A DNA stretch of 64,000 nt from assembly GCA_963702845.1 (NCBI GenBank), contig OY969763.1, positions 3,328,001 through 3,392,000 of the forward strand, written 5' to 3'. This DNA is from an uncultured Verrucomicrobiae bacterium (GTDB lineage Bacteria > Verrucomicrobiota > Verrucomicrobiia > Limisphaerales > Palsa-1400). How positions within the stretch are numbered: position 1 is the first letter of the stretch; every line of letters starts with the position of its first letter. The notes under the pieces are model-generated. The model did not search any database. It had not been told where the DNA came from and saw only the letters and a list, made by a program, of their open reading frames with translations. A program made the translations under genes and the position numbers. Positions 39,201-48,931 of the stretch are shown here, piece by piece.

Positions 39201-42200
39201 CAGGTTTGTCCCCGCGGCGTTTTCGTTGCCGATTGCCCAAATGACAACGGATGGATGATTGCGGTCGCGTCGAAGCGTTTCGCGCGTGCGTTGTTCGAAG
39301 GCGGAGCGGAAACCGAGATCAGGCGTTTCGTTGTCGCACCAGCAGAGCGGCAGTTCATCGGCAACATACATGCCGAGTTCGTCACAGAGATCATAGAAGC
39401 CGGCGCCAAACGTGTAGTGCGTGGTGCGGATGGCGTTAATGTTCGCCGCTTTCATTTGAAGAATGTCCGCACGCCATTGATTGGAGCCGATGGCGTTGCC
39501 GTAAGCAGCCCATGAATCGTGATTGCAAACGCCAGCCATTTTCACGGGAACCCCATTAAGCAGCAACACGGCGTTGCTGATGGTCAGTTCGCGAATGCCG
39601 ACGCGATTGATGACCGTTTCGAGAAGTTGCCCGGCGCCGTTATGGAGTTGAAGTGTGTATGAATACAGATTCGGAAATTCAGCGGACCAAAGTTTTGGTT
39701 GATCGACGATTTGTGAAAAAACGGCTTTGCCGTTAGCTGCATTCGTTGTGATGGTAACGTTGTTGAACGTCAGCGAAACGAGAGTTGAGGCATCGCCGCT
39801 GTTCACGGCAGTTGTGACGTCGACTTCGGCCTGGTTGTTCGGGAGCAGATACGTTGTGACCTGGACATCGGCGAAGTTGGTGTATGGGACTGAGAAGCAC
39901 GTGACCGGTCTGAAAATTCCGCCGAGCGCAAAATAATCGCCGGTATCGAGATCGACTGATGCCGCTTTTTTGACGACGCGCACCGCGAGAAGGTTGGACG
40001 TGCCGAATTTAATTTGCGGTGTCAGATCCACATTGAATGCCGACCAACCACCTTCGTGATAGTTGCTGATGCCCCAAGTCGGCTCGTCGACCGAAACCGA
40101 CTGACCGTTCAGCCAGATTTCGACGCTGTCTTGCACGCCATCAAAGTTCAGATAGATAAGCCGGCCGCGCCACGAATCAGGAACGGTCAGCCAATAGCGG
40201 TAGAGGCCGGAGGTGTTGTCGATGCCGGTGTAGGTGCAGGGTGAAAAGCCGCCCATTTCCCAATTACTCGGAACGGCGATGTTGGTCCAGGACGCCGTTT
40301 CGACATAGTTGGTTTGCTGGAACAATTCGCCTGAGTCGGTGATGAAAATGTTCGGCACTGAGCCGCTGAAGTAACTGGACATCCGCTCGAGGTCGAAACG
40401 CCACGTGCCATTGAGCGACATGACGTAATTGGTATCCGTCGGCACTACGGCCAACACATTTGAGCTTTTCAGGTCGAGATAAACTGTGCCGCTAGCGGTA
40501 AGTCGGCCATCGGTGATGGTGTAGTTAAAGGAGTCATCCGCGTAAAGCGGGCCGGCATAGTAAATGTTCGTGCCGTCGGTCGTGACGCTGATGCCGTTGG
40601 CGCTCGTCGAATTAACACCGTTGAACGAAACAGGATCGTGGTCTGGATCACTCCAGCCGGCGAGGGTCGCCAGATTAGTGATCGCAATTTGGTAGCTGCC
40701 GCCAGGCGTCGGATTGTTGGTGATATTGTTTGCGATAACGGGCGGGTGATCATTTGTGATGACGAGATACAACTCGCTCGTCGCGACGTTCAACGAAACG
40801 TATTGGCCTGACGCAACGCCCCCGCCGCTCACCGTCACTGGCGGAAGTCCGGCGCCGGAAACAGCACCAGCCGTCGTGGCTGAGATGATTTTGTAATTGC
40901 CGGAAGCCAATGGCGCGCCGGTATTGTTGATTTTGAACGTCGTGCTGGAATTCAGCGTGAGCGTGCCGTTTGAAATGGTGAACGATGGTGTGCCAGAATA
41001 ACGCAGCGAGAGGATGCCCGGGCCGGAGTTGATGTCGCCGGCGAGAATTGCGCCGGAACTGCTATTGCTAACCGTTTGGCCCGGAGCAATCGTCAGCGGA
41101 GACGTGAGGCCGGACGTGTCGAGAGTTGCGCCACCGGCAACAGCGATCGTTGATGTGTTGTTGATGTAACCGCCGCCGTTGAAGGCAAGCGTGCCTTGCG
41201 AAACCGTCGTGTTGCCGCTGTAAGTATTAGTTACCGCCATCGCGACGGTGCCCGGACCGTTGATCACGAAACTTCCGACGCCACTCCATTGGCTGCTCAG
41301 GGTGATTGTGCGCCCCGGTTCAGGTGCAAAGGACACATAACCAACCCCGCCAAGTCCGTCGATGGTATCGGTGAGATTCACTGATTGGCCGGACCACGTC
41401 CAATTCGCGCCATCACTGAGCACCGAACTGATGTCCCCGGGAAACGTTGGCACCTGTGCAACCATGTCTAGGGTGTGGAAGGTGCCGCCGGAAATGTTGA
41501 CCGATGAAATACCCGCTTTCGCACCGCTGATGCCGTCGGAGCCGATGTAGAGATCGCCGCCGCTGACATTGAATTGTTCGTTTTGCACAACGTTGCCAGT
41601 GCTGAATGCAATGCGATTGCAGTAGAGCGTGCCGCCGCTGATATTAGCGACTCCGTTGATACCAGCCTGCGCGAGATAAAAACCACGGGTGTTGTTATTT
41701 TCGTTGTTAGCGTTGCGCAGTACGTAAAGCGTGCCGCCGGTCATGTTAAAGATGCCCGAGCCAGTGAGTGTGCCTTGGCCACGGCCGGGCTGGAACCAGG
41801 AATGGGCGACCACGGTGCCGCCGTTGACATTGAATACGCCGGACCCGTAGAAGGCGATTTCAACTCCACCGAAGAAATTCGCTGCACCGTTGCTGATGGT
41901 AAAAATGCCGGTGGAATTCAGCGCCTGACCGAGAATCAACCCGTCGCGGACGCCATTCTTTTCAACATTGAGCGTGCCGCCAGTCATGATGAACGAGCCG
42001 CTGCTGCCAATGCCGGTGTTCTGGCCTGAGCCGCCAATAAACAGACTATTGGTGGAAACCCAAAGTGTCCCACCCATCATATTAAATGTGCCAGAGCTGT
42101 TGTTGACTGTTGCGATGTAAAGTTGGCCGTTGGTGTAGGAGCCGTTGAAACTGACCGTGCCGCCGTTCGTGATCCACGCATTGGAATTGTTGTCGGCGGG

Positions 42201-42431
42201 GACGGTGTTCGGGGACCAGTTGGCGCTGACTGAATAATTCGCCCCAGATCCAGCGGAATTGGTCCAAAAATAAGTTGTTGCGCCAGAGGCAGATTTGGCC
42301 AGCGACAAAACACTCACCACTGTGAAAATCGCGGTGAAAATAAACTGGCAACGACAACGATTGATAATCGTCAAGTAAACCAAAAATCGAGACCATCTGT
42401 CGATTTCAAAGCCGCGCCTCCCATAAGTCAT
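36264..42431 (-). CDS. Large secreted GH2 (beta-galactosidase-like) multidomain protein with C-terminal TIGR02597-like domain
   Basis: Beta-helix with NTYSGNTTVSQGTL repeat and cadherin-like unit (SDPDHD...DSFNYTITDG). GH2: SLNGTWRF, LNFDGV, WSAEFPNLY, NINAIRTTHY, RDRNHPSVVIWAIGNE. MBG-like unit, then a TIGR02597-type tail. Confidence 0.88.
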   Translation of the reverse strand: MTYGRRGFEIDRWSRFLVYLTIINRCRCQFIFTAIFTVVSVLSLAKSASGATTYFWTNSAGSGANYSVSANWSPNTVPADNNSNAWITNGGTVSFNGSYTNGQLYIATVNNSSGTFNMMGGTLWVSTNSLFIGGSGQNTGIGSSGSFIMTGGTLNVEKNGVRDGLILGQALNSTGIFTISNGAANFFGGVEIAFYGSGVFNVNGGTVVAHSWFQPGRGQGTLTGSGIFNMTGGTLYVLRNANNENNNTRGFYLAQAGINGVANISGGTLYCNRIAFSTGNVVQNEQFNVSGGDLYIGSDGISGAKAGISSVNISGGTFHTLDMVAQVPTFPGDISSVLSDGANWTWSGQSVNLTDTIDGLGGVGYVSFAPEPGRTITLSSQWSGVGSFVINGPGTVAMAVTNTYSGNTTVSQGTLAFNGGGYINNTSTIAVAGGATLDTSGLTSPLTIAPGQTVSNSSSGAILAGDINSGPGILSLRYSGTPSFTISNGTLTLNSSTTFKINNTGAPLASGNYKIISATTAGAVSGAGLPPVTVSGGGVASGQYVSLNVATSELYLVITNDHPPVIANNITNNPTPGGSYQIAITNLATLAGWSDPDHDPVSFNGVNSTSANGISVTTDGTNIYYAGPLYADDSFNYTITDGRLTASGTVYLDLKSSNVLAVVPTDTNYVMSLNGTWRFDLERMSSYFSGSVPNIFITDSGELFQQTNYVETASWTNIAVPSNWEMGGFSPCTYTGIDNTSGLYRYWLTVPDSWRGRLIYLNFDGVQDSVEIWLNGQSVSVDEPTWGISNYHEGGWSAFNVDLTPQIKFGTSNLLAVRVVKKAASVDLDTGDYFALGGIFRPVTCFSVPYTNFADVQVTTYLLPNNQAEVDVTTAVNSGDASTLVSLTFNNVTITTNAANGKAVFSQIVDQPKLWSAEFPNLYSYTLQLHNGAGQLLETVINRVGIRELTISNAVLLLNGVPVKMAGVCNHDSWAAYGNAIGSNQWRADILQMKAANINAIRTTHYTFGAGFYDLCDELGMYVADELPLCWCDNETPDLGFRSAFEQRTRETLRRDRNHPSVVIWAIGNENAAGTNLQVTADLIKSIDPTRPRLVSRFDASQYNVELGDRHYPTTNTMISDALAAPSTGHPYIYMEQPNTWDVRLAADASMWERWGLAQQRVWKVCMQYDTIIGTFPFEWSDRAVADPNPDSSYNTYQSTGVQLLYYFPQTGIHLLKCKGMTDGFRNPRPSVYEAKMIYSPIQFANVLTISASGQLSFPITNRYSFTDLSYLTIAWQLQRGAVTLASGTTTTSVPPRSNGVVQISVPTNALAIADSLQVDFIHPDGNDIVAGRFVIANITTSSLNTTLPANLPIPHLNVIVRQTVSDPNYWQKVNRYPSTLANVVITPVNATNLSQLQSLSGNIVGGNGGASTLGTLTAQYTNNQFSYAINWTGANWIVQELGWTFQMPTTYTNFSWDRASRWSYYPNTSIARPTGAATPASMNADITGMWAPNSFDFDSTKYDCNWAGLTSSQGDGLRVAFSSSQRFHCRGGTNSQGTVLYVNQQVSLPDDFTTPIVPDQILTLKSGNVVSGSFTVGSMATVVSNATVSLSNLVQNYDGTAKTVSVATIPPSLNTYVTYNGLSVAPTNPGAYTVVATVVDPQYQGAVTNTMSVVLGGLRLINATPNSGGGMTFTWNAIAGNSYSLRYNDTLVNPQWLTLSNGLTPSGSRITVTDSATNSQRFYRIESVAGFSEIAGYMRLPFFSNSDNFVSVPFVRPGATPAQISFIASNVIAITGFPDWAANQFVYSAGTQTNHYYVRLTSGTAEGRIWPVVANNANSLTVDLSASDLSTLSPGDIVSVEPNWSFTSVFNGASAINVSPTLGTRNSELLMPDLASAGINLSAAKIYFFNAGVWKIVGQGNTDHGDDIIPPNSQFIVRHNVATNTTWTAVGMVDAAKISIPLRAQMSVGQDNFIGLARPTFLTLNESGLISSGAFMASPIPGSRTDELLTFDNTVIAKNKSAAAVYYYWNNAWRSVGAGSTDVGNTPVFVPGNGVIIRKATNNSVPIWSNSANW

Positions 42432-42548
42432 TTACCTGACGGGGCTCAAGGGTTTGTCCGCACGTAGAATCCGCTGCTCACCCGATTTGTTGGAAACATC
42501 AGATAAGCCATTATTCGAGTCACATCCGACAACAACGGAGTTTATCAA

Positions 42549-43379
42549 GTGACGGATTTACTGGCTTACTGGAATTTGCGCGAAAGGCCCTTTGAAGCAA
42601 CATGGGACACGCGTTTCTATTTTCAAAGCCGCGATCATGACGAGGCGCTCAATCGGCTCGCGTATCTCGTCGCCGAACGCACGATGAATCTCGGTATGCT
42701 GACCGGTGAGGTCGGTTGTGGCAAGACGCTGACGCGCGCGGTGTTCACGGCGCGGCTGGACCCGAAACAGTTTGCCATGATCGTTCAGGATACGTCGGCT
42801 TTTCCATTCAAAGACTTACTTGGAGCCGTTTTAGGGACACTCGATCCGACCGGCGAGGGGACGACGAAATTTGCGCGGTGCGATCGGCTGGCCAAAGCGA
42901 CCAAGCGTTTGAACGATGAAGGTCGGCACCTTGTTCTTATCTTCGACGAGGCTCAGGAGATGTCGCCTGCGACGATGAACGATCTGAAGATGCTTACCAA
43001 TTTGAACGGTGGCGGGCAGAACTACTTGACGATCATACTGCTAGGTCAACCTGAGCTACGCAGTAAGGTCGTCAAGCTGCCCGCTATCGACCAACGTATC
43101 AGCCTGCGGTTTCACCTCAATCCGTTGAACGTCACGGAAGCCGGGGCTTACCTCGTGCATCGCCTGAAAATGGCGGGGCATTCGAGCGGCGATGTGTTCG
43201 CTCCGGATGCGGTGGCGCAATTGTTCAGCGCGTGTCACGGAGTTCCACGTGAACTAAATCGTCTGGCAAAACTCGCGCTGGAAGTGGCGTGGTTGAGGCA
43301 GATGCCCCTGGTCGGCGTTCCGGCCGTGGACACTGTCATCCGCGACTTGAGCCGGCACCAAAACCTCTGCGCTGCGTGA
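42549..43379 (+). CDS. ExeA/GspA family AAA ATPase
   Basis: LTGEVGCGKT, LIFDEAQ, ILLGQPEL, QRI, GVPRELN. Confidence 0.92.
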   Translation: MTDLLAYWNLRERPFEATWDTRFYFQSRDHDEALNRLAYLVAERTMNLGMLTGEVGCGKTLTRAVFTARLDPKQFAMIVQDTSAFPFKDLLGAVLGTLDPTGEGTTKFARCDRLAKATKRLNDEGRHLVLIFDEAQEMSPATMNDLKMLTNLNGGGQNYLTIILLGQPELRSKVVKLPAIDQRISLRFHLNPLNVTEAGAYLVHRLKMAGHSSGDVFAPDAVAQLFSACHGVPRELNRLAKLALEVAWLRQMPLVGVPAVDTVIRDLSRHQNLCAA

Positions 43380-43445
43380 AATGAAAACTCCAAGCTCAGA
43401 ACCGGAGCGAATTTTAACAGTGCTGCCGTCAGCACGAGTAAACGG

Positions 43446-43490
43446 CCCTCCTCTCCCCAACCTCTCCTCTCCCAAAGGGAAGAGAGGGAG
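43446..43490. repeat. Pyrimidine/purine-block palindromic intergenic element
   Basis: ccctcctctccccaacctctcctctccc-aaa-gggaagagagggag. Confidence 0.5.
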
Positions 43491-43522
43491 AAGAAAGAGC
43501 CGAGGCACCAATTTTAACCCCT

Positions 43523-45700
43523 ATGCCTGAGACCACAGAGCTAAGTATAAGTGAATTGCGGAAGAACCGCGGTGCGTCCGTTTTGTCTTCTGATCAGCCT
43601 GATGGCAAGTCCGATGCGCACGACAATGACAATGGCAATGGTTCGACGTTCGCCAGCCGCTCACGCGCTTCGGCACAAGCCCATCCGCTAGCCACGCGGC
43701 CCGCGACACAGACGCGTGCCTTGCAGCGGGCGACGCCGCTTGAGTTCGATACACAACCGGAAGGCGAAGCTCCAATGAATCTGCCGTTCGACCCGATGCG
43801 CGTGGTCGAAGCAGTCTTGCGGAATTGGTGGTTGTGTTTGCTCATAGCCATTGCATTTGGCGGCGGGGTTGGCGCGTTCATGTTTACGCGTCCGCACACG
43901 ATTGCGACGATAGAGCTTATCAAAAAGGATGCTCCGACACTGTTCCGCGCCACGGAAGGCGGAGAATCTTACAAACCGCCGCAATACGCGGATGGAACGC
44001 TGGTCAATTTGATGAAGTCCCCAGAGGTGGTTCGGCGCGTGAGCGCTCGCACGCCAATGGTGGTGGGCAAGATGATTTCAGGTGCGGAACTGGGCCGCCA
44101 GTTGTTGGCGAACCAGGAACCGCAAAGTGATTTGGTGCAACTGGCCTACAAAGGTGACGAGAACATGACCGTCGCGTCGAAGCTCGTCTATATATTTGGC
44201 GAAGAAATCGTGCAGTTCATGCGCGAGTTGCAGGCGCGTGAGGGCAATGACATTGCGACCTTCATCGGCAAGAAATTGGAAATTGTTGAGCGTGATCTGG
44301 CCGACAACGAAAAGCAACTTGCGTCAGTTCCACCGGAGTTACGCACGCTGGATTCTGATCAACAGCTGCAAGCGTATCTCAAACAGTTAACCGAGTTGGA
44401 CACGCAATATTCAATGGCTGAAATCGATGTGCGCGCCGCGAATCCGCTGCAGGAAAAGCTTCAAACTGAGAAGGACGCGTTGGTCGCGCTGCAGGCAAAA
44501 TACACGGATGAAAATCCATTAGTGCAGGACCAGATGGCCAAGATCAAAGCCATGGAGAAACAGGCGGATAATCAGAACAAAGGGCCAACTCCCAAGGGAT
44601 TCGATGGAAAAACAGCGCTCAGCAACTACGCGCCGAGCAAAGCGCTCCTCATGAAGCTGGAGCAAATCGACAAACTTCGCAAAGAGACGCAGAAGAAAAT
44701 CGACGCGCTTTCACACAACAACATGGGTTACGTCATCATCGAAAAACCGGCACACGGCGCTCGATCTAATGCGCACGATGTTGATGAGCCGGCAACGCGA
44801 GGCACAACTTTACGCGCAGGATGCGTTGGGCTTTTACCAAATTTTTCCAAAATCCGAACGCGCCAGTGATAAGCCTGATCTCAAAAAAGGAATCATGTTC
44901 ACTTTCGCGGCGGCGGTTTTTGGATTGTTCCTGACAGCGGGTTTAGTGATGGCGCGTGAAGTGTTCGACCCACACATAAAATCACAGGCTGATTTGGAGA
45001 GAATCAGCGGGCTGCCGGTGCTCGCGACGTTGGGCGACCTGTCCAAAATGTCGGATGATGACAAGAAACGTTGGGCGTTCCGCACATGGACGATCCTTAA
45101 AGGGAAAATTACCGAAACGCAGAATCATTCGTTAGTTTGCGGGCTGATTTCGGCGCGACATGGCGAGGGACGGACAACGTGGACGCAAATGCTTGCGCAG
45201 ACCGCGTTTCAACGTGGATTGCGAGTGCTGGTCGCCACGACCAAGCCAAGCGCGGAACCGGCAATGCATCCGCACGAAAAGGCGGAAAAACCCAACGCAG
45301 CCACAGACGCGGTGACAGGCACTGCGGTTGCGCCGAGCGTGCTCGCATTTCCATTTCAGGCAGCGCGTCAATTGAACGATCCGAACACCCATTCCATTGT
45401 GCAAATTCCGTTGCCGGGATGGGTCTGGAATCTGGAACGCCGCGAACAATGGCAAGCTGCCCTCGCGGAATGGCAGAATATCGAGAACCTCGTTTTCCTT
45501 GTCGAATTGCCGCCCGCCAACGAGCCGGAAGCAATTCTGCTCGCCGAAAATGTTCCGCAACTCATCTGGCTTTGCCAAAGTGGCAAGGTCACCGTCTCGG
45601 AAGTGCGCAGCCAGTTGGAAACGTTAAGGCATGCGGGATGCAATCTGGTTGGCGCAGTGTTGAACCATGAGCCGACTTCTTTCGTGCGCCGGCAAGTTCT
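43523..45700 (+). CDS. Wzc/GumC-like polysaccharide co-polymerase with degenerate BY-kinase domain (frameshift near 44750)
   Basis: TM (RNWWL...), coiled coil with KYTDENPLV, second TM, LERISGLPVLATL, SARHGEGRTT, GAVLN. Confidence 0.8.
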
Positions 45701-46778
45701 CAAAATTCGCCATCATTCTGGCGTTGGGCTTCGCATTTCAAAACACCATGGCGAACGATGCGCCCAAGGGTCGAAAATCTGCGCGCCGATGCTCCCGCCC
45801 CATTCAGCGCCGGCAGCGCACTTTGTGGACAACAAATACCGTCGCCACACATCTACTACACGAACGCCCCTGCCCCACGCTCGCAGTGGCAGCAGCGGCT
45901 TACGCTCGGTCCTGGAGATGTTTTGAATCTCGGTTTCTTCGGAGAAACAAACCTCGCCAAATTCGACGTGGTTGTCGGCATGGACGGCCGCATCAGTTAT
46001 CTGCAAGCCCAAGGCGTGATGGCGGCAGGACTGACCATCGACGAACTGCGCAATCGTCTCAACGAGGACCTGAAAAAATATCTTCCGCACACCGCGCGTC
46101 ATCGTCAGCCCGGTGGCATACCATAGCAAAAAATATTACGTCCTCGGCAAAGTCGGCCAACGCGGCGTCTATGTTTTAGACAGGCCCATCACTATTCTCG
46201 AAGCCGTGTCACGCGCGCGCGGTCTCGAAACAGGAATCCTGAATCGCGACGCCGTTGACCTCGCCGACCTGCAGCACAGTTTTTTGGTTCGCAGCGGCAA
46301 ACGCGTTCCGATTGATTTCGAGCGATTATTTTTCCAAGGTGACTTTTCGCAGAACGCGTACCTCGAACCAGATGATTTCCTGTTCTTCCCACCGGCAGCC
46401 TTGCAGGAGGTTTACGTTTTGGGTGAGGTCCGCAATCCCGGCATTGTCGTGTGGAACCCGAAATTGACGGTTATTAAGGCTATTGCTGACCGAAGTGGAT
46501 TCAACGATCAAGGGTGGAAACATCACGTGCTGGTCGTGCGCGGATCGTTGCAGCATCCGGAAACGTTCATCGTCAATACCTGGGCCGCGCTCGACGCGCG
46601 CGAAGCTGATTTCAAACTCAAATCGCGCGACATCATCTATGTGGCGAGGCGACCGTGGGCTCGCGCCGAAGAGTTGTTGGACACTGCGTGCATTGCTTTT
46701 CTACAATCGGCGGTGACCGAGTGGTCTGGAGCAAACATTGGGCCGATCATTGGCAAACCATTCGTCCCCAGCCTATGA
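45700..46778 (+). CDS. OPX/Wza-type polysaccharide export domains (Poly_export + SLBB), frameshifted, possibly fused to the upstream Wzc
   Basis: LTLGPGDVL, DGRISYL...AAGLTIDEL, SKKYYVLGKV, YLEPDD, VYVLGEVRNPG, LKSRDIIYV. Confidence 0.78.
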
Positions 46779-48001
46779 AGACCTCTATCGGAATGCTGAC
46801 TCTAGTCCGCTTCAACATCAAACCATTCAAGCCATGCTTGAATCGAAGTGGACTAAAGTCCGCGCTCCGTGGCATCGGTCTCTTAGCGGTATTCGTTCTT
46901 TTGACCGGCTGCCAATACCCCGGACCACGTAAATTTGATCCCACTATTCCGCCCGCCGCACTGACGTCTGACCAAATCGACATGACCGGCTTCACCACCA
47001 AGCTCGATCCAGGTTTGCTCAAGTTGCCGGACCAGCCCTTCACTCTCGGCCCTGGCGACAAGATCGAAGTGGATGTCATAGGTGAACCGGGCACTGCCGC
47101 CCTGCTCACCGTCGGCCCCGACGGAAGAATATATTATGGAATGTTAGCGGGCCTGGATGTTTGGGGCCTGACGATGGCGCAGACGCAGGAGCTTCTTCAA
47201 AAAGAACTCGGTCGCTACGTCCGCGGGAAAATAGATGTCGAAATTGTTTTGCGTGAAGTGGAAAGCAAAAAAGTCTGGATGCTTGGCCGAGTCGCGGCGC
47301 CCGGCGTCTATTCGATGAGCAATTCGATCACATTGATGGAAGCGATTTTTAACGCCGGCGGCCCGCTTAATCTTTTAGGTGCCACCGGCAGCGGAGGCAC
47401 ACGAGATATTAACACAATCGGCGTGAATGAAGACCTGGTGGATTACAAACATAGTTTTGTCCTGCGTGATCGACACATGCTGCCCGTAGACATCGGCCGA
47501 CTCGTTAAAGGCGATATGTCGCAGAATATATATATGCATCCGGACGACTACGTCTACCTAGCGCCGGGCTATTCCCAGGAAGTCCACATATTTGGAGCCG
47601 TAGGTGCGCCGCGAACGTTACCCTACCGCCCGGGTCTGACACTGCTTGCCGCCATCTCTGATTCTGGCGGCGCGTGGAACCGAGATGCCTACTTGCGCCA
47701 GGTCGCGATTATTCGCGGATCGCTTCATGCGCCGGAGATTGCCTTGATAGATCTTAACAAAATTCAGAGAGGCGAAGCGCCTAATGTATATTTAGCCCCC
47801 GGAGACATAGTGTACGTCCCTCAGACGCCATATAAGAAATTCAAACAGTATTGGGACATTGCGACTTCGACCTTCGTTGGGGCGGTGGCTATCAACGAAG
47901 GGGCTAATTCCGTATTATCGCACCAAGCCCAGCCAACGGGCGTTTTTATCCCTTTGGGCAGTGGCATTACCATTACGCCCCCTCCGCCTGTGCTTAAGTA
48001 G
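46775..48001 (+). CDS. Polysaccharide export lipoprotein (Wza/OPX family)
   Basis: Lipobox LLTGC, FTLGPGDKI, VGPDGRI, LGRVAAPG, LAPGDIVYVP. Confidence 0.88.
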   Translation: MKTSIGMLTLVRFNIKPFKPCLNRSGLKSALRGIGLLAVFVLLTGCQYPGPRKFDPTIPPAALTSDQIDMTGFTTKLDPGLLKLPDQPFTLGPGDKIEVDVIGEPGTAALLTVGPDGRIYYGMLAGLDVWGLTMAQTQELLQKELGRYVRGKIDVEIVLREVESKKVWMLGRVAAPGVYSMSNSITLMEAIFNAGGPLNLLGATGSGGTRDINTIGVNEDLVDYKHSFVLRDRHMLPVDIGRLVKGDMSQNIYMHPDDYVYLAPGYSQEVHIFGAVGAPRTLPYRPGLTLLAAISDSGGAWNRDAYLRQVAIIRGSLHAPEIALIDLNKIQRGEAPNVYLAPGDIVYVPQTPYKKFKQYWDIATSTFVGAVAINEGANSVLSHQAQPTGVFIPLGSGITITPPPPVLK

Positions 48002-48120
48002 TTTCGGGCTTTCAGACTTGAGAAACGTCGGATCAGGGGAATAGCCTACCATCCCTCGTATTTCCCCTGAGGCGACCCCCATTTGTAGTGTTGAACTATG
48101 GTTTTTCTTAAGATAGAACA

Positions 48121-48136
48121 TGGCACAGGGGTTGCT
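48121..48136 (+). promoter_or_regulatory. Sigma54 -24/-12 promoter of the pilin gene
   Basis: TGGCAC-AGGGG-TTGCT is an exact consensus, about 105 bp upstream of the pilin ATG. Confidence 0.8.
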
Positions 48137-48240
48137 AAACCATAAGTGCGGTTCGTCAGAGGCAATAGAGTGAACGAATGTATTAATAATAACACGCCTC
48201 TGACACGTTCACTACCGCATAGAAAAGAAAGATAAATACT

Positions 48241-48630
48241 ATGCAAATGAAAACCAGCCGCAAATCGGGCTTCACCCTCGTTGAAATCATGATCGTTGTT
48301 GCGATCATCGGTCTGTTGGCCGCTATCGCGATCCCGAACTTCGTTCGTGCTCGCCAAACCTCCCAAACCAATGCTTGCATCAACAACCTGCGCTTGATCG
48401 ACGGTGCGAAGCAGCAATGGGCTTTGGAAAGCAAGAAGACCTCGACGGACTCCCCAGTTGATACCGACCTTCAGTCGTATCTCGGCCGCGGTACTGCTGG
48501 CCAATTGCCTTCCTGCCCACTGGAAAGCAACATCGACCCGGTAGTCGCCTTTAATGCCTCTTATACGATCGGCAGCGTGGGTATCTCCCCTGTCTGCAAA
48601 AAGGACGCGACGAACCACTTGCTCCCGTAA
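48241..48630 (+). CDS. Type IV pilin-like protein with N-methylation motif
   Basis: KSG-FTLVEIMIVVAIIGLLAAIAIPNF; CINNLR; C-terminal cysteines. Confidence 0.93.
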   Translation: MQMKTSRKSGFTLVEIMIVVAIIGLLAAIAIPNFVRARQTSQTNACINNLRLIDGAKQQWALESKKTSTDSPVDTDLQSYLGRGTAGQLPSCPLESNIDPVVAFNASYTIGSVGISPVCKKDATNHLLP

Positions 48631-48663
48631 TGATATCTTAGTGAGTTAAAAGCTCACACCGCG

Positions 48664-48699
48664 AGACCCAGGAGAAATCCTGGGTCTTTTTTTGTTTTT
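48664..48699 (+). terminator. Intrinsic terminator after the pilin gene
   Basis: agacccagga-gaaa-tcctgggtct followed by a T tract. Confidence 0.9.
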
Positions 48700-48746
48700 A
48701 ACGGGCCTTGAACTTTGAACGTTAACCCGTAAACTTTCTCCCGGTG

Positions 48747-48833
48747 GCCGATGTGGCGGAATTGGCAGACGCGCCAGACTCAAAATCTGGTACTCGTGAG
48801 AGTGTGTGGGTTCGACCCCCTCCGTCGGCACCA
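48747..48833 (+). tRNA. tRNA-Leu(CAA)
   Basis: GCCGATGTGGCGGAATTGGCAGACGCGCCAGACT-CAA-AATCTGG, long variable arm, GGTTCGACCCC, CCA end. Confidence 0.95.
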
Positions 48834-48931
48834 CCTAACCGTTAATCTTTCTCCAGTTTTCAGCGGGGATGTCCCAAAAGTGGCATGTGAGAGTAAAAAC
48901 TGTGCGAAGGCACCCGTTTCCGAAACATAGT

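Noticed and set aside
20010..48833. Prophage or island integrated at tRNA-Pro or tRNA-Leu
   Set aside because: No integrase, phage genes or duplicated tRNA 3' end noticed.
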